In this document: positions 23,801 to 36,399 of the stretch, piece after piece
How positions within the stretch are numbered: the stretch's first letter is position 1
Layout: each line of letters opens with the position of its first letter
Assembly: GCA_965649765.1 (NCBI GenBank)
Contig: OZ287756.1
Span: 43,648,001-43,712,000 of the forward strand
DNA: 64,000 nt
Source: Bispira polyomma
Taxonomy: Eukaryota
Reading direction: 5' to 3'
The notes under the pieces: model-generated
The model's input: the letters and a program-made list of their open reading frames with translations, nothing else
Database searches by the model: none
Told to the model about the DNA's origin: nothing
Position numbers and translations under genes: made by a program

Positions 23801-26437
23801 AGGTTTGTGTGTGTTGGCTAAAGTGTCCCCCTGTGTGTTGTTGTTCTTGGGAAGTACATGTGAACATTGTTGTGAAACTGCCTGAGTCATAACGACCTCA
23901 TGATCTGTACAGTGTGTGTGTGTGACAGTAGTATGAGGATTGTGAGTGTGCAAGTTGTGTGATGGCATTACAAGTTCTACAGTAGTTGTTTTTGCTTGTG
24001 TGAGTGTCTGTTCATCACGTCTACATAAGCTGTCAATGATGTCATTGTAATACAAAGTGCTACCTAATTTAGTACGTGTGTGTGAGAGTTGTTTGTCTAA
24101 TCTCGGTTTTGTGAGTTTCTTTACTTGGGGGAAGTTCCTGCCTAACTCTGAGATGTGCATAGAGCAAGAGTAAGTTATGGGCCAAATGTGTTCTAATGAC
24201 CAATGAGATAGTTGGAATGTCCAGCTATCTTGTACAAAGTTGCACACATAAACGCCCGACAGAGATGTATCTTGGCGACATACTAGGTAACAAAGGTTTA
24301 ACGTATTACAGCCATGCTGACTGTTACTGAGATATATATCACAAAGTTTAGAGTCACAATGTAAACTGTTATCAGCTCTATATGTGATAACATTGTCTAT
24401 AGTGCCTGGGTGGGCGGTTAAACTTGCATTAGCATCTTTAACTTGATCGTTGTCAACACTTGAAATCATAGAATTATTACAGTCTGATGAAGTCTGTGAC
24501 CTCTTACTGTCTACAGAGAAGTGTTCGATATTACTGTTCTCAACACTAACGCTTAAACTGGATATAAAATTAGGGTTCTCATAATCGTCTACCTTATAAA
24601 TTTGCTTAGAAGTACTATTAATCTCATCATTCTTCAGGCTCATACAATAAACATGAGGTACATTGAAGTCACAACTGGTGGTGGTGGCTGTAGGCAGTTG
24701 GTGGTCCTATTGTGTGTTTGATGTAGGGGTTGGACGCCCATGCAGTTTAAAACATTTTGTCTCCGGATGAGGGTTGGATTTTTTACTAACCCGGAAACAG
24801 TTGGCACAAATGTGCTTAAAAAGAACGTTATTCCCCTCGTGGTCTTTCTGATGTTGGCATTGGCCTTTCTGAAAGTGCCTGCACAGGATTTCTTGTTTAG
24901 TCGACGCAGAGAGAGTGGTGTTTGTAGACGTGTTGTTGGAGACGAGAGCTTGGGAGTACGAGAGCCTGTTTAGGGTCCACTTCGTTTCGTTGAGCCAGCT
25001 GAGGCGACCTTCCTCGATGTCGTGCATGTTGCATGCGTAAGCTCCACGAGCTATCTGCCAGGATATGTTTGAGGCGTCTCTGAGAGTATCTGCCAACTGA
25101 GTGAGCATTGCTCTCGAGATAGACTGATTCTGGACCTCTAAAATATTTTGAATTTGTCCGGCAGCGAATTGTGGGATGGTAAGGTCGTCGAAAGAAACAC
25201 GTTTTTTATTTATACCTGAGAGACAAGCCTCATTGGGCCAGCGTTTCATCGGATCAGAGACACACACATCTGAGACATTGTAACGACCAGAGTTTTTCTT
25301 GGTGGCAAGCTTACCTTGTAAGCCTTCGTCCGCAGCCCAGGCCTCATAACGTGCTAAGCGGAGAGATACTTCATTTTGTATTAAGGAGGACTGCTTAAGG
25401 ACATCTGGTGTCGGTAAGATGGCGTCCTAAAGTGCTCGCTGTGTGATGTCAGTGTTAGTAACTCTCTGTGGTTGCATCTGACCTGCTATGTGAGGTTGAG
25501 CGTGAGGCTGAGGTAGAGGGTGAGATGTGTAGGTGAGCGATGAAAGATCCCTGTGTGCCTCATAGCCTGGTAAACTAAGTGATGCTGGGTGTACTGGTGT
25601 CGTGTGAGGTGGGTCTTGAAGAATTTGCATGTTGTTTCCTGGGTTGTGAAGCCGAGGAGTGACTGTAGGACGAGCTGACAGGGTCGTTACTGACGGCCCT
25701 ACCATGGGTAACTGAAGAACCGGGGTCTCGGATTGCTTAGCTTTAAGGTCAGAAACGTCCTCTTGCAACTTTGACACAGTAGTAAGTAATGTTTGCATCA
25801 TGGCTTGCTGCCTGCTATGTATGTCACGGTAAAAATTTTCGGAACTTACTTTATCAGAGCAGTTACTGATGGAGTCGCTGTCAAGGTTATTTTCTGCTCC
25901 CAAGTCTCGGTCTGGTAAGGGTTCTTCTTCAGAAGATACAATGACTCTGTTGCATCTAGTCCCGACTGGGCGAGTATGCGAAATGTCACATCTCGAGCAC
26001 ATAGCTACATTCACGGCGGGTTGTCTTTTTTTACCTCTCCCCATTTTGACACTAAATCCAGGAGTAAAAGTACCACGAGTGAAACTATAATATGTCTATA
26101 ATGGTTATGCACTAAAAACACGTAAAAACTAGATGTAAAACGAGTGGGAACATATAATTTAACAAAGTTTTCCTCCCACAAAAGTTCAAAATCCAATATG
26201 GCCGCTTCTGGGCTCACAAAAAGACGTGTTGCTTACTTAACTTGCAACTTAATAATGGCTTTCTATGATAAAAGGGCGGCAAGGAGTTTACTCTGAAGGA
26301 AGGTGATTGGTTGCCTGGTTTAAAGGACCTAAAGTCTGATTGGGATAGCTAGGTAAACAATTCTTAAGGAGGGTTTTACAGTAAAGTATTCAATTTTTGC
26401 TACTGACTTGCCATGCTATACTAGCAGTGACATCAAC
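20854..26437 (-). mobile_element. Ngaro copy 2 (truncated inside A2; lacks spacer and B2)
   Basis: A1 begins at 26437. gag 24707-26044 carries the same nonsense as copy 1. pol 22080-24706 has a 2-bp deletion ~23055 and an 8-bp deletion ~22582. B1 and the first ~49 nt of A2 are present. Confidence 0.93.
21094..22073 (-). CDS. Intact tyrosine recombinase reading frame of Ngaro copy 2 (no ATG at 5' end; probable spliced exon)
   Basis: Uninterrupted frame GTSDSANSLIQGALTRLRQSHRPRTQRQYNSQFRLFLAF...LAFLEFL...RISN...HCFRR...SYL. It is preceded by TTTATAATTTCAG. Confidence 0.85.
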
Positions 26438-29095
26438 TTTTAAATTGTAAGCCCACAGCAATTTCTGCTATACTACAGATGTTGTACAAAACTTGGTTTC
26501 TTAATATTTGACTCTGATTTTCACTTTGCTAAACCATATTCAGGCAACCTGCAATGCTTGCTTTGTCAATCTGAGGGAACTTAGACCTGTATGATGCTGC
26601 CTATACTTGAGCTACCACTGTCAACTGATCTGGTTACCAGCCATCTTGATTCTTTCTACTTTCTATTTATCTTGAAGCAAAAGGCACAGTTTGTCCCATC
26701 TTTTCTGTCTCTAGTTAAATGCTCTACAATTATTCCTGTTGTCCTACCCAAGATGTTGTCTTTCTGACTCTCACTGTGGCCATAGATAGGGTCACCTTAG
26801 ATTGAAGTCTGAGTTTAGCTGGAGAATGTTGTAGAATACGACCACAGAACTATATGTATTCCCTCCATTTTCCTCTTTTTGTTTTTAGTTTTAGTATTTG
26901 ACAATAATAAATTTAAAAATAATGAAAACGAAATAGGACATTCGTTATAGCACACTTATACAACACAGGGTCATTTCAAATGTGCTTCCTCGTGGGCAGT
27001 CCCTATGGTCGCAGAACATTGCATGCCATTACATAATAAAAACTAAAAAGTGGCACTCGGTAGAGTGCATACTTTGACCAAGGTGCCAGTGCCATCAAGT
27101 GAAAACAAATAGTAGTTCTGGCCTTCTTGCAGTGCCATCAATTAATGACAAAAGCCAAGAAACAATTGAAAAATGTTGGACCAGTCTCTAACCACAGCTT
27201 TGTCTCTAAACACATTGAGAAAGCTGTGACAAAACATGCTTGAGTGAATATCGTATATATGTAATAATATTAATGATATATAGTAAGAATTTTACTAAAT
27301 ACCTTAACACCATTACGTCATATAAAAATTCTTGAAATCAAAAATAAATATAGGTGTGTTATTGTAAATATTTTGTCTATTGATACAAAAGGTGTATAGC
27401 AATGTATTTCATATTACATTCACGATTTTTAAACAGAATAATTATTCCCGAAGATATTTACCTCATATTTATACATGTATGCTTCATTTTTACAATGTAA
27501 TGTTAATGGTTTGAAACAATACACTAGTTACACATCTACTTCTTATTAATTGATTACAATTAACAGCAATCAACCATTCTGTGAAATTCTGTGTCTGTGA
27601 TAAGATTTACATTCTAAATACGTTCACTCTTAAGCGAAGTTATATCAAAATAAAAAGAGACTCAATAGCTATTAACTTATTCTGTATAACCTTATAATGC
27701 TAAATCGTGACTTTGTCCATTATATTCATAGAAAACATAGGCAAAGTACGAGGTTAAAATTTTATTAATTCTATATTAGGATCTACTCTTGATACATATA
27801 TTTACAGTTAAAGCTTGATGTGGGCATAAGATCACCTTAGCCAAAGGCGAAACGCCACTTTGAGCTAAGTATAAGGTCACTGTGTATGTTGAACTGTATT
27901 GACCCTAAATAAGTTCTGCAGTATGTTAATTGTTAACTCTGCAACAGAGGTTACCTTTTCACCCGTGTCCTTTGGTTTGTTTGTCTTTCTGTTAAATTAG
28001 GGATCCAGCAAGAAAGGCAGAACTAGGATTTTTTTTTAATTGATGGCACTGCAGCAAGGGCAACCATACTTTATTTTTAGGCACCTTGGTCGGAGTATGT
28101 ACTCTACAGAGTGCCTTTTTAGGTTTTAATAGTGTCATAGAGGATTTTATATCTTGGCCTTAAAGTCTTTATTGATATGTTATACAGTTGTTGGTATCGT
28201 GGATAATTTTCATTTCTTCATTCATGTATTTTGATTCCATTGTGGCATAACCTAAGCCCTATGCTTGACTTTCACAAATGGGTTTGATTCCTCCAGAAAC
28301 TTGTGACATTACAAGTAATAATGTTTTCGAGACTGTGCTAATAGTGTATTTCCCCAATATGTTATATGAAATGATATCTTTACATCTAGTTAATGTCATC
28401 TTTAACCTTTAAAACTACATTAAAATTTATTTACATTGTGACTTGTTAATACAATTTAGTTCGAATTTAATATCATTTCTCTCTTGTATTATATCAATGT
28501 TAGCTCAATGGTAGCTCACTGGTGGAGTTTTGGCAAATACGATTTCAAGTACACACTCTAGTTGATGTATTGGCATAAAGGATATCCAAGCTTTCCCTCA
28601 TTAAAGAGACTTTTCGCATAAGGTTTTTCATCAATCTGCAAATAATTAAAAAATGATAAAACCACATACAAATTTGGAATTCCCAACAACCATAACGTCC
28701 ACAACCAAGTTATCTCCTGAATTACATGATACGTAGCTGAAAACTGTGAAGTTAGTGTCTTTTTAAACTACCTGTTGTTATATCCCGGTTAGATAGATTT
28801 GTATTTTTATTTGTTTTATTAGGTAGCCATGGTATATCTTACTATATAATATAAATATCACTTGCAACATTTTTACCCATAACACTACGAGATTTTAAGG
28901 GAATCCTTCACGTTAAATATGCATTTTTTTACGTTTTACAATACCGTGACTTTGACCTACGTGTGTGGTTATAGCTCTACATATGGTAATATAAAACGCT
29001 GTGCTAAAAGTCTTTATTGACACTGTGTTAAATACACACATGGGACTTATTAGATATGTGTAAATGCTGCTTAAAAGCTTACAACCAATCTCTAA

Positions 29096-30679
29096 GTGGC
29101 TGTCTCACTATCACGATCTTAGCTCAGATTGGACAATCAGGAGCCAATCAGGAGAACAATTGGGACACTCCAGGAGTTGTCCCGACTTGTCGTGGTCAAT
29201 CAGGACACTCGCGGTCACTCATGCAAAATATCATGTTATCGGAGAAAAAATTGCCATTTTGAAAAGGATTAATCGTCCAATCCCTCACGATTGGTCAGGA
29301 GCATTACGAGTTATCGTCTACTTCTCCTGAGTTATCCTGTCAAATGACAATGATAGGTCTTTATAAATGCCCCAAGTGTAAAGATAACTCGGGAATGTCA
29401 TTTGTAAAAGATAACTCGGGAGAAGCGGAAGCCCCGACTGTAAAGATAGCTCGGGAAGACTAACGATAGGTCAGGCGGAACAAAAGATAACTCAGAAGTG
29501 AAAGCGATGACTCGGGAACCAATCGGGGGCAGGAGCGGACTGTATAAAAGGAAAATGGCACATTCATTTTTCATCAGATTCATCCCAGCTTTCAAAGAGA
29601 AAACATCACTGTCCAATTTGTATGATATATGATTACAAGAGGCTTTTATTTTTTGTTATAAAGAATTAGTGAGACTAGTTAAATAAAAATTGCAATTATG
29701 CCAGGAAAAAGGAGAGTTACAAAGAAAAGGATGATACAGCCAAGACAGGAGGAGGAGAGGGATTTTGAAGGGAGGGATACAGATGATGAGAAGATTTTTC
29801 TAGATACACAAAAGTCAGAAGACACCCCAGATTTTTTCAACAGTTAAACCGGCCTACTCTGAATATCACAGAAAAGCAGGACACCCAGGATACCCAGCAT
29901 AATAGGGATACCCCAGACAGTGAGGTGGCGGACTTCAGTTGGAAACAGAAGAAGGGGAAGATAAAGACTGTGTTGTTAACCGATGAGCAGGAGGAGGCTG
30001 TGGTGAAGTGGTTTACATCCCAGAGGACAATCTTTGGCAAGCTGCCCTAGAATTGACCGAGTGGCAGCAGTGGGTGAAGACCAACTTTGCATTCCTCAAG
30101 CCGCATATTAAACGTCAGCTCAACAAGTCTGCTGGATTTAAGCCTATCACGTCAGCCTCTCAGGGGGCTGCCCCTCATGATTCTACTGTTGCGTTATCCC
30201 ACTCCGACACAGACCAGGGAGAGATGGACTCGTCCAACTTGGCGTCACCAAAGTCTTCAGCCTTTGGATCCTCTACCCCTATCCAGGGGAGACAGAAGAG
30301 GAAGATCGGGATTGAGTTAGCAGATTCCATTGGGAGGATGGAGCAGACTATTACAGGGATCCTGATGGAGGCGAAGAAACCCAAAGATGAGGGAGCTAGA
30401 GCAGCCTATATGAACTGGTTGAGCAAGGAGACGGAGAAACTGCCAGAACGTTCCTTCCTTCAGTTCAAGAGGGAGTCATTCAACCTAGTAACCACACTCC
30501 AGGAAAGGACAGCAGCTCAAATAGCTCCAGCAGCAGCTTTTCAGCCACAATAACAGTCCTTCCGCCCTACCAGATGGGATCTCCAGCTTATAAACCTCAA
30601 CCACCACAGCAAGGACACTAGATCTATCAACAACAACTGCCACAACAGCAACAACCAAGACCACAGCCTCCTCCCATCA
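29096..30679 (+). mobile_element. Duplicated Harbinger relic (mirror of 1-1584)
   Basis: Matches the left arm, with one SNP noticed in the ORF translations (EMESS vs EMDSS). Confidence 0.7.
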
Positions 30680-32982
30680 TGTTAGCATCGCTGTGTTCAG
30701 GAGACTGTGAAACCATCAAGTGGTTGATACAAGAAGGTATTGGTCTAAACCATTGTGACACAGATGGTAATACTGCTATTCACTTTGCTGCTCAGGAAGG
30801 TCACTTAGATGTCTTGAAAGTGTTACAGGAAAATGGAGCAGACATAATGGTAGTAAATAATTATGGTGTTAATCCCATCATGTCAGCGTCACAGGTTTCA
30901 GGTGACAGTTAAACTATTCAGTGGTTGATGCAACAAGGTGTTGATGTGAACCATTGTAACACAGATGGTTTTACTACTGTTCACTATGCAGCTCTGCAAG
31001 GTCACTTAGATGTCTTAAAACTGTTACAGGAAAATGGTGTAAACATAAAGGTAGTCAGCAATAATGGTCTTACTCCCATTATGATAACGTCACAAGGTTC
31101 AGTTGACTGTGAAACTATGAAGTCGTTCATAGAACAAGGTGTTGATATGACAAATTGTAATATAAATGGATATAGAGCCCTCCATTTTGCAGCATATGAA
31201 GGCAAAGAACAGGTCTTGGGGCTATTACACAAGTATGGAGGTGCTGTTAATGCACACACAACTGATAACAACAATACCTTAGTGTTTGCAGTGCAAGGCC
31301 ACAGTAATATAGAAACTGTGAAATGGCTCATTGAGAAAGAGATAGATGTTTTTAACACTAATGGCGAAGGTTTGCACTATGCTGCTGCTTTTGGACAAAA
31401 CAGCCTCCTGAAGCATATTGCCTCCTTTGACAAGAATGTTTCCACAAAGTCAAAGTTTAAGTAAGTGTAAAGATTATGGAAAATTGATTAATTTACCCGG
31501 AGAAATATTCTAATATATATACCTTATGAAAGCAGTTTATTTAAATGACTTACATATGTGATTATTCTTAATATTATTCGTCAAATGATGTTTCTTTCAC
31601 CCATTTCTTATATATTTGATATTATAAATCCCGACATTTATGGTTAAAAGATGGACTATTTAATTTATTATCAGTCACTTAGTGTAGGTTTCCATTATCC
31701 CTAAAGTGCCTAATGTACATTAAAACTGATTAAATTATCATGCCACTATTCTGAACATGTTTGGATATTTCAGCACGACTCCTTTGATGCTTGCATCACT
31801 CTACAATCACAGTGACACTATATCTATCCTCCATGACTGTGGAGTAGAAATAGCTACAAAGGATGCCCATGGGAAGAGTGCTTTGGATTTTGCAGTGGAA
31901 AATGGATTTAAGGATAATTTACAAATACTACAAACGCAGGAATGTAAGTTTCAAGTGAAACTCTACTTATGCTACATAAAGTTTTAAACCTTAAACTGAT
32001 TAAATATTTATGTATAAACAAAGAAACACAAAGTCCTGTAACCTTCACTTGAGTTTAAAAAAAAATATTATCCTATTTTTAGAGGAACACTAAATTGTAT
32101 TCAGCTTTATGAGGATATTGAAACACAATCATTAACTGATGTGACTTATAAAGTTGATTAGTCATTAGTTTTACTCTGTGTGTAGAATCTGTGTGTAGAA
32201 TAACTGTACTTTCTGCATTGATCTCTGACTTTTGCGTATAGGTTAAACAAACAGTGTCTGACATAGAAGCAGTAAAATCTCAATGCGGTTGCTACTTTTT
32301 CTGAATTTAAAATTTTGTTACAACAATAAAAATTGAAGACAGAATTAAATCAGAGATAATATTATGGATTATGCATTCTTTCTTATAAATGTACGATAAT
32401 TAATAAGATGATTGCAACCTTGTTAAAGCCTAAAACTTTGTGAAGCCGTGTTTACTTTGCTTCTGACATAAGAGTATGTGTTACCATTATTTTCAACATT
32501 AGTGATATGCTTACACACAAAACTGTATTTTACCTTATTTTTTACATTTGAATATCACTGTTTTCAAACTTGTTGCCGGCATTTTGCCCACTGCAAATTT
32601 GGCATGTTGTGTAAAGTATCTCAACTTGCTCTCTAAGCTAAGGGTATTTTACCCCAATATATATATATATATATATTAAATTTTCAACTCTGTTATTTTA
32701 ATTAGCTGTTCAGCAAAATGTGTTGTGTGAACTGGCTGACAGTATTGGAGTCGTTGGAAGATGGTTGGTCGACGTCTGGGACTTCCTAAAGGTCAGATCG
32801 ATCAGATTGAGATGGACAATCCGCATCATTCCTCTGACAGAATCTACAGCATGCTCAAGAAATGGCTGTTAAGACAAACTGTTGATGATGAACCAAAGGC
32901 AGCCACTTCGAAGAAGACATTGATTGCTAGTGTCTTAAGATTTAAAGAGCCAGTGCCTGTGAAGGTGAAAAGGAAAACATAA
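30679..32982 (+). pseudogene. Ankyrin-repeat + death-domain gene, 5'-truncated pseudogene
   Basis: Exons ~30679-31460, 31774-31943, 32706-32982 with compatible phases. Repeats DGNTAIHFAAQEGHLDVLKVLQENGADI, DGFTTVHYAALQGH, GYRALHFAAYEG, TPLMLAS, GKSALDFA. Death domain ELADSIG..WKMVGRRLGL..GQIDQIEMDNP...YSMLKKW. TAA at 30910 (GAA in sibling repeats) and a 1-bp frameshift ~32750. Confidence 0.85.
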
Positions 32983-34858
32983 GTTGACCTTGTATTTAAT
33001 AAGAACATAAAAGAAAATTAAAATAGAAATTTCCTATCTTCAAACTACTATCACTTATAATGCTCTGATGCATAAAAATATTGGTTTATCATATAATAGT
33101 ATCCCTCCATTGTTATAATAGATATATATTGTACTGCCATTGCCCTAAATGAAATGTTACTTGGCAGTTAGTGTTTAAACAGTTAGCCCATTTCATGGGC
33201 TTTTTGGTCCACTATAATAGTGTCAATTCATGCACATATGTAGCAAACCATTCTCCTGAATACAATTGCCATTTTTAAAAGATAGTTTCATTCGCTAGTT
33301 TGGCTTATTGCTACATAATATCATATCAAAGACTTTGGTAGTTTTGTATTAATATTACTGTGGAAAGGAGATGTTTAACGAGAGAAAATGAATAATACCC
33401 TTAGGGATAGATTTTTGAGTGTCAAGTTTTTAATATTACTAATTAAATATCCTTTTCTGATTGATGCAATTATGTTATTATAAAACCTCTTTAGTTCCAA
33501 TTACAGACAAAAATAACTGTAGCCACATATTATATTTTAACACATCTGTTATACCTTGATTGTTTCATGATACTTTTATTGGAAATCAAGGCTGTTCAGA
33601 AGTTCCTGAATACCTCCCAGGATCCAATCCAACCTCCCACAAACCTGTTCGACCTCCACGACTATATGATTAAGTAAGAAAAGAGGACACTGCTGTCTAA
33701 AATATTGGAACTGTGTTTTTAGAACTGTTATTTTTGTAAGATTATGTATATTCTTCAGTGCATATGGAACTTTATAACCTATGGTGGTTTAACAGTTCCA
33801 GCATATAGCAGTTGCTGTAAGTATCCTAATCAGCATTTTGGTATGCTATCAGTTTATATGATAAATGAGAGGAATATAACTGTTATGATAATCTCATTGT
33901 CTACATATGTTCCAAAGATTTACGGACAGATAAGATTCAGAAAATGAACACTTAACGGTAACTTGATTATTTATCTTCAGATGTAATATTAATGGAAGTT
34001 CTAATGCCGCAAATTATCATTATCTCAAAATTATATCTTAATTTTGATGTGTGTATTGAACAAAGATATCTAAAATCTAAATTAATATTTAAAATTCCTA
34101 GTCAAAAGATATTTCAGTTTGTTATAAGGAAATTGGTAAATATGGTATTTCATTGTAATAATAACGGAAGACCCGATGTTAATAGAGCAGCAAAACATGC
34201 AATCTAGAGATTAGCCATCAGTCTAACTACACTATTTTAGCAATATTCCCTCCTCAAAACAAAGGTGTGCAACACAGTAAATCTGTGTATAATTTGCTAT
34301 TGTTATAAATGAGCATTTCTTGCACAATGGTGTTATACAGTTTTAGGGGTTCATGGTAGACATAATTACAGTGTTCTTACATCTGATCAATCATTAATAT
34401 TTTTGGTTTTAATATTTTCGTCGTTTAATTATGTAATTATTGCTCTTGCCATAATGCACACTTTTATAATACAGCTATTGTTACCTGTACTGGTTAGCGA
34501 GGTGCTGATATGGATTAACCAAGAAATAAGTGCACCAAAATAATTAGTTACAAACAGTATCTGATATATATGTAAATATATTCTTAAATGGTATAATCTA
34601 ACAGAGTATGATTGTTTTTGTTATATTTTTGCAGTATTAAAATGTGCTATTATGTTATTGATATTTTCCTGTTATATATTATTTTCCAACAGTGTTATCA
34701 TTTTGTGTGTACATATATATCATTGTTTGTGGTAATGTAATAGTGTATATAGTACATGTTGTAATGTATGGATATATAGTTTTCTTGATATCATACAGGT
34801 AATTACCTATTTTCATCACAACATATATATTTGATTGTATAAATGTTGGCTTTTCATA

Positions 34859-34922
34859 TAATGTACTAATTTAATGCAATTTGGAATAATGTACTAATTT
34901 AATACAATTTGGAATAATGTAC
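34859..34922. repeat. 28-bp tandem duplication (~2.3 units)
   Basis: AATGTACTAATTTAAT(G/A)CAATTTGGAAT repeated. Confidence 0.8.
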
Positions 34923-36399
34923 CCTTTAACCTTTGTAAAGAGACCATTATGACTTTAATCACAAAATGCTGTACAATATTTACTAGTGATAACTGAATTG
35001 TATTTATATAATATGAATGTATATATTAATTGAAATATGTATAATGTTTTTAAAATATGTTTAGCCAGTTGGTAGTTACATCTTTAAATCATAATTCCGA
35101 TTGACAATCTTTTTGTTTTCAGTGATAATTGTGTTTTAAGCTTAAATGTCCAGCATCTGGTCATGGCTGTTTTATATTCAGTTATTGAAAATAGGTAACA
35201 TTTAAATTATTATCATTATTAGAATTTACAAACCTAGAAATCATTTTCGTTTCACCATCTGTATTATTGTGTACAGTTAAACATTAGTTACACATTGCTA
35301 TGAGTAACTAGAAATGCAGCAAAACATAATATAAAAATATATAGTATCTTATTTCTGATGTGTTTTTTAATTTATTTAATTGTTTTTTGTTTTTTTGTTT
35401 TATTCCAACAGCACATACGTATACAAAGTAAACAACCATTCAATTACAATATAAAAGAAAATCAAAACTTTAACACATGAAAATAACAGTTCTATTTGTA
35501 CAATGTAACAAGAGGGCTATATATACGTAATATGTAATATTCCACACAAAGTATTATATTTCATTTTACTTATTATTATCCAAGCTTGAAGCTAGACCCC
35601 TGTTTATTTTTAATTTTTTTTTTAACTTTTCACCATCACAGTTGGATCTTGCCAGAAAAATTTGCTTATTAAAAACTATATTGAAGTAATTGTGGAATTC
35701 TATGATATTTGGGATTATTTTATCTCAGTTCACCTAAGTGTGTGCCCAGCTTAAAGAGGTAACAAGAAGTGGTATTTTAGTATATATGTGGTGTAAAGAT
35801 GTAATAAAACTCCAGGTTTGAGATTTGATTATTTACACGTTAGGACATAGTATACATATAAAGAGGGTTAAAATAGTAAATTTTTAAAATTTTTAGATAA
35901 TTTTAAAACATCATAACAGTTCATATAAACGTATCATCAATGACAGTATACACGTTCACAAATCAATATAAAAGGACTAGCCATAAAAGTTACAAATAAA
36001 AACAGCATACTAGGTTAAACCTTTTACTGAGTAATATATTAGTGGCATATCTTCTATTAGAGAACAGTACTAACCTGTGTACAAGCACCAGGATTTTATC
36101 CACTATCATAATAAATTCACATAAACTGTCCATCGTTCAAGAATATAACTTTACCATATCATATAAGATTTTAAATACACTTTAAGCAAGCTACACGAAC
36201 GCACTCCTGTCTATTCGTGGGTTATAACAATGCACTATTATATTGCTGTGGTAGGGGGAGGAGGTGGGATAACTTTTCCCTATGTTGCTTCTTCAGGGCC
36301 ACGTTTTAAAATGAAGACTAGAAAAAGGTGGGAAAAAGTATTGTTCTCCCACACAAAGAGAATGGGTGTATGTATGGCTGGATAGACAGTGAATAGTTA

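Larger units (their letters stand above)
20854..30679. repeat. Right arm of the inverted duplication (reverse complement of 1-9830)
   Basis: 30661-30679 CCACAGCCTCCTCCCATCA is the reverse complement of 1-19. The inner end TTCAATTTTTGC at 20854 is the reverse complement of sequence ending at 9830. Confidence 0.97.

Noticed and set aside
32990-35360. Short ORFs 33744-33947 and 33992-34207
   Set aside because: Very AT-rich, with no motifs or supported exon chain. Likely intergenic.
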